DNA of 64,000 bases. Source: an uncultured Gammaproteobacteria bacterium (GTDB lineage Bacteria > Pseudomonadota > Gammaproteobacteria > CAWCPV01). Shown piece after piece: positions 61,221-64,000 of the stretch. How positions within the stretch are numbered: the stretch's first letter is position 1; each line of letters starts with the position of its first letter. Below the pieces are notes generated by a model, which saw only the letters and a list, made by a program, of their open reading frames with translations, was not told the origin of the DNA and made no database searches. Made by a program: the position numbers and the translations under genes. The stretch is taken from positions 43,221 to 107,220 of the forward strand of contig CAWCPV010000008.1 of the NCBI GenBank assembly GCA_963797555.1, read 5' to 3'.

Positions 61221-61705
61221 TTCGGTTCTCCCGACTGCGTCATAGGGCCTGTCAGATTGGAAAAGTGGCTGGCGCGGATTTGCCAGGTTCCGTCGGTCTT
61301 CTGCATCACCACCGAGAGGTTGAGGGCATACTCGCGCTTCACGCCCTTGAGAGAGTCTTGGTAGCTGCACATGGCGCTCATCCAGCCCACGTCGCCACTG
61401 ACGCCGGGCAGCTCCCAGGCACAGTTCCGCTTGAGCGTGCCTGCGTCGAAATCCGCAAAGAAGTGCCGGTAGGCATCGGCGATCTCCGCACTGCCCACCC
61501 AGCGCTCGCCCGGCCCAGTCCCCAATAGGACGGTACTATCGCCGGGCGCGTACAGCTTCATCACGCCCTGCACATCGTGAGCGTTGAAAGCCGTCTCGTG
61601 TGCGTGGAACACCTCGCGCAACTGGGTCCCCGGGCCTTCGGCCGCGAGGGCCGGAGCGGCGGCCGCGCACAGAGCGGCTGCGGCCAGCAACATTCGGGAA
61701 GTCAT
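61217..61705 (-). CDS. Secreted SnoaL/NTF2-like protein
   Basis: Signal peptide (ALA), AFNAHD..V..LY, WQIRASHFS; ATGA overlap with the precursor. Confidence 0.8.
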   Translation of the reverse strand: MTSRMLLAAAALCAAAAPALAAEGPGTQLREVFHAHETAFNAHDVQGVMKLYAPGDSTVLLGTGPGERWVGSAEIADAYRHFFADFDAGTLKRNCAWELPGVSGDVGWMSAMCSYQDSLKGVKREYALNLSVVMQKTDGTWQIRASHFSNLTGPMTQSGEPK

Positions 61706-62199
61706 GCAGCGTACCTCTCTTCGTCTAGTTGGTCGGGACTGCGCGTCGTAGGCGACCGGCTCGGGCCGAGGCCCGCGGCGGCCGAAACCACCCCTCACGA
61801 GCTACTCATGGGGAGCGGCGTCAGCGTGATTCTAACAGGTATCGGGATCAGGAATCCAAGGCCGCAAGGACCCCGCTGGCGTAATTTACTGAGCAGCCAC
61901 GACCATTCGTATTGCATCTGTCCGTCGGTTGCGGTGATGCATGGCTTGGACCGAACGCGACCTGGTTTGGACCGATCGAAGCTGTAGCCGCGGGGCTGCG
62001 CCTCGGCAGCGTCCACACTCAGGTGGTTCTTGTACCCGTACTAGCCCGACTTCGCGGATTCGCACGGCGATTGGCCCGCTGGCCAGGGGTAAGTGATTGT
62101 TTGTGGGGACCGTGGTGAGCCAAAAAGGGTTGAAACGCGCTGTAGTGAAGACCTTGCTTGTTTTCAAGGGGAAAAATCTGCGGATAATGATGTTCCATC

Positions 62200-63977
62200 A
62201 TGTTTCTAAGGGCCACGACGCGGAAGAAAGACGGCAAGGAGCACCGTTACTGGAGTATTGTCGAGAATAGGCGCCTGAGCGGTGGGCGCGTGCTGCAACG
62301 GCATGTGCTGTATTTGGGTGAGATCAACTCCTCGCAGGAGTTGGCGTGGCGCAAATCCATTGAGGTGTTCGAAGACGGGGCGCTGACACCGCGCACGATG
62401 TCGTTGTTTCTTGAGGAGCGATCTGAAGAGCTGTCGAGGGATGCTTCGGTGGTACGTTTGCGGCTGAAAGAATTGCGGCTGTGCCGACCGCGGCAGTGGG
62501 GTGCGTGTTGGCTGGCGCTGCAACTGTGGGAGGAATTGCAGTTAGATCGCTTCTGGTGGGAACGGTTAACGCCGAGTCGCAAGGGCACTCGGTGGGACCA
62601 GGTGTTATTCGTGCTGGTGGCCTATCGGTTGCTGGCACCGGGCAGCGAGTGGCGGTTGCACCGGGAGTGGTTTGGCCGTACGGCCTTGACGGATTTGCTC
62701 GGAGCGGATGCGGCGCTCTCCGACAGCCACCGGCTGTATGTCTGTCACGACCGCTTGCTGGAGCACAAGGCGGCGGTCTTTGACCATCTGGTGCGGCGGT
62801 GGCGGGATCTGTTCAATGCCACCTTCGAGGTGCTGCTCTACGACCTCACGAGCACCTACTTTGAGTGTGAGCCCCCGCAGTGGGAGCAGGACAAACGACG
62901 ATTCGGCCACTCGCGCGATAAGCGCAGGGACTGTGTGCAGGTGGTGATCGCCTGGGTGGTGACCCCGGAAGGCTTGCCCTTGGCCTATGAAGTGTTGGCG
63001 GGCAATACGGCCGACAAGACGACGTTGAAGGAGTTCCTCGCGCGCATTGAGCGTCAGTACGGAAGAGCGCAGCGGATTTGGGTGATGGACCGCGGCATTC
63101 CGACCGAAGCGGTGCTGGAAGAGATGCGCAGCAAGTCGATCCGCCGGTGCACTACCTGGTGGGCACGCCCAAGGGGCGGCTCAGCAAATTGGAGAGCGCG
63201 CTGCTGCTCAAGCCGTGGCGGGAAGCGCGCCCCGGCGTAGCCGTGAAACTGTTGGCGCAGGATGGGGAGCTGTATGTGTACGCGCAAAGTGAACAGCGCG
63301 TGGCGAAGGAGCGTGCGATACGACGGCGCAAGCTGAAGTGGTTATGGGCGCGGTTGAAGAAACTCGCGACCATGCAGCTCACCCGCGAGCAACTGCTGAT
63401 GAAGCTCGGTGCGGCGCGCCAACACGGCCCGGCGGTATGGCGCTTGGTTCAACTGGAGGTCGACCCCAAGGACGCCACGTTTAGCTACCGCCTGCGCCGC
63501 GATAAGCTGCGTGAAGTGCGCCGGCGCGAAGGACGGTATCTGCTGCGCACCAATCTCACCGACACCGATCCCGCCAAGCTATGGGGGTTTTACCTGCAAC
63601 TGGTGGCGGTGGAAGAAGCATTCAAGAATCTCAAGGGGGATTTGGCCATTCGGCCAATCTTTCATCAACACATCGAGCGTATCGAAGCCCATATCTTCAT
63701 TGCCTTTCTTGCCTATTGTCTGCATGTCACGCTCGGGCGACGTTTGCATGCGCTCGCGCCTGGATTAACCACGCGCAGCGTGCTGGAGAAATTCGCCGCC
63801 GTGCAGATGGTCGACGTACAGGTGCCGACCACCGATGGGCGCGAATTGACGTTCACCCGCTACACCCAACCTGAGCCAGAACTGCAACTGCTCCTCGCGC
63901 AGTTGAAGCTCGAACTGCCCGCACCACCAGCTCCGAAAATCAGCACCGCCCACACTGCCTCAGCCGCCGCGATGTAG
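62200..63977 (+). mobile_element. IS1634-family transposase, frameshifted near 63135
   Basis: MFLR..RKKDGKEHRYW, LYDLTSTYFE, GHSRDKR.D..QVV, VMDRG, VEEAFKNLK.DLAIRPIFH. Confidence 0.9.
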
Positions 63978-64000
63978 TGCAGACCTTACCAGGCACCCAT

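Overview
GC-rich proteobacterial chromosome segment, probably from a gammaproteobacterium (argH-algZ-algR-hemC-hemD synteny). The backbone carries bfd-bfr, argG, corA, moaA, tesA/ABC, nfi, ugd, rnpB, mepA, hemCD, algZR, argH and msrB. Four accessory regions interrupt it. (1) About 1-13.5 kb: a decayed integron cassette array on the + strand with no integrase in the window, several attC sites, ISL3, IS4, IS91-like and group II intron remnants, and HNH, cold-shock/excalibur and protein-glutaminase cassettes. (2) About 33.5-40.3 kb: a second, minus-strand cassette cluster just downstream of hemD, rich in toxin-antitoxin modules, with a 314-nt ORF-less group IIC intron in an attC and a diverged copy of the hemD 3' end. 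(3) 46.4-50.8 kb: IS1182, a HerA/FtsK-like ATPase and vapBC. (4) 57-64 kb: a CYP51-like P450 convergent on a four-gene candidate RiPP operon, followed by IS1634. The operon encodes an NTF2/SnoaL protein, a Gly-rich precursor with a Tat motif and four W-x-N motifs, a SPASM-only partner and a radical SAM/SPASM enzyme; it is the best candidate for an undescribed system. A second recurring signal is TGACCCC-terminated transposase-tail remnants that repeatedly abut copies of neighbouring DNA. All calls come from reading motifs by eye; no database searches were run.
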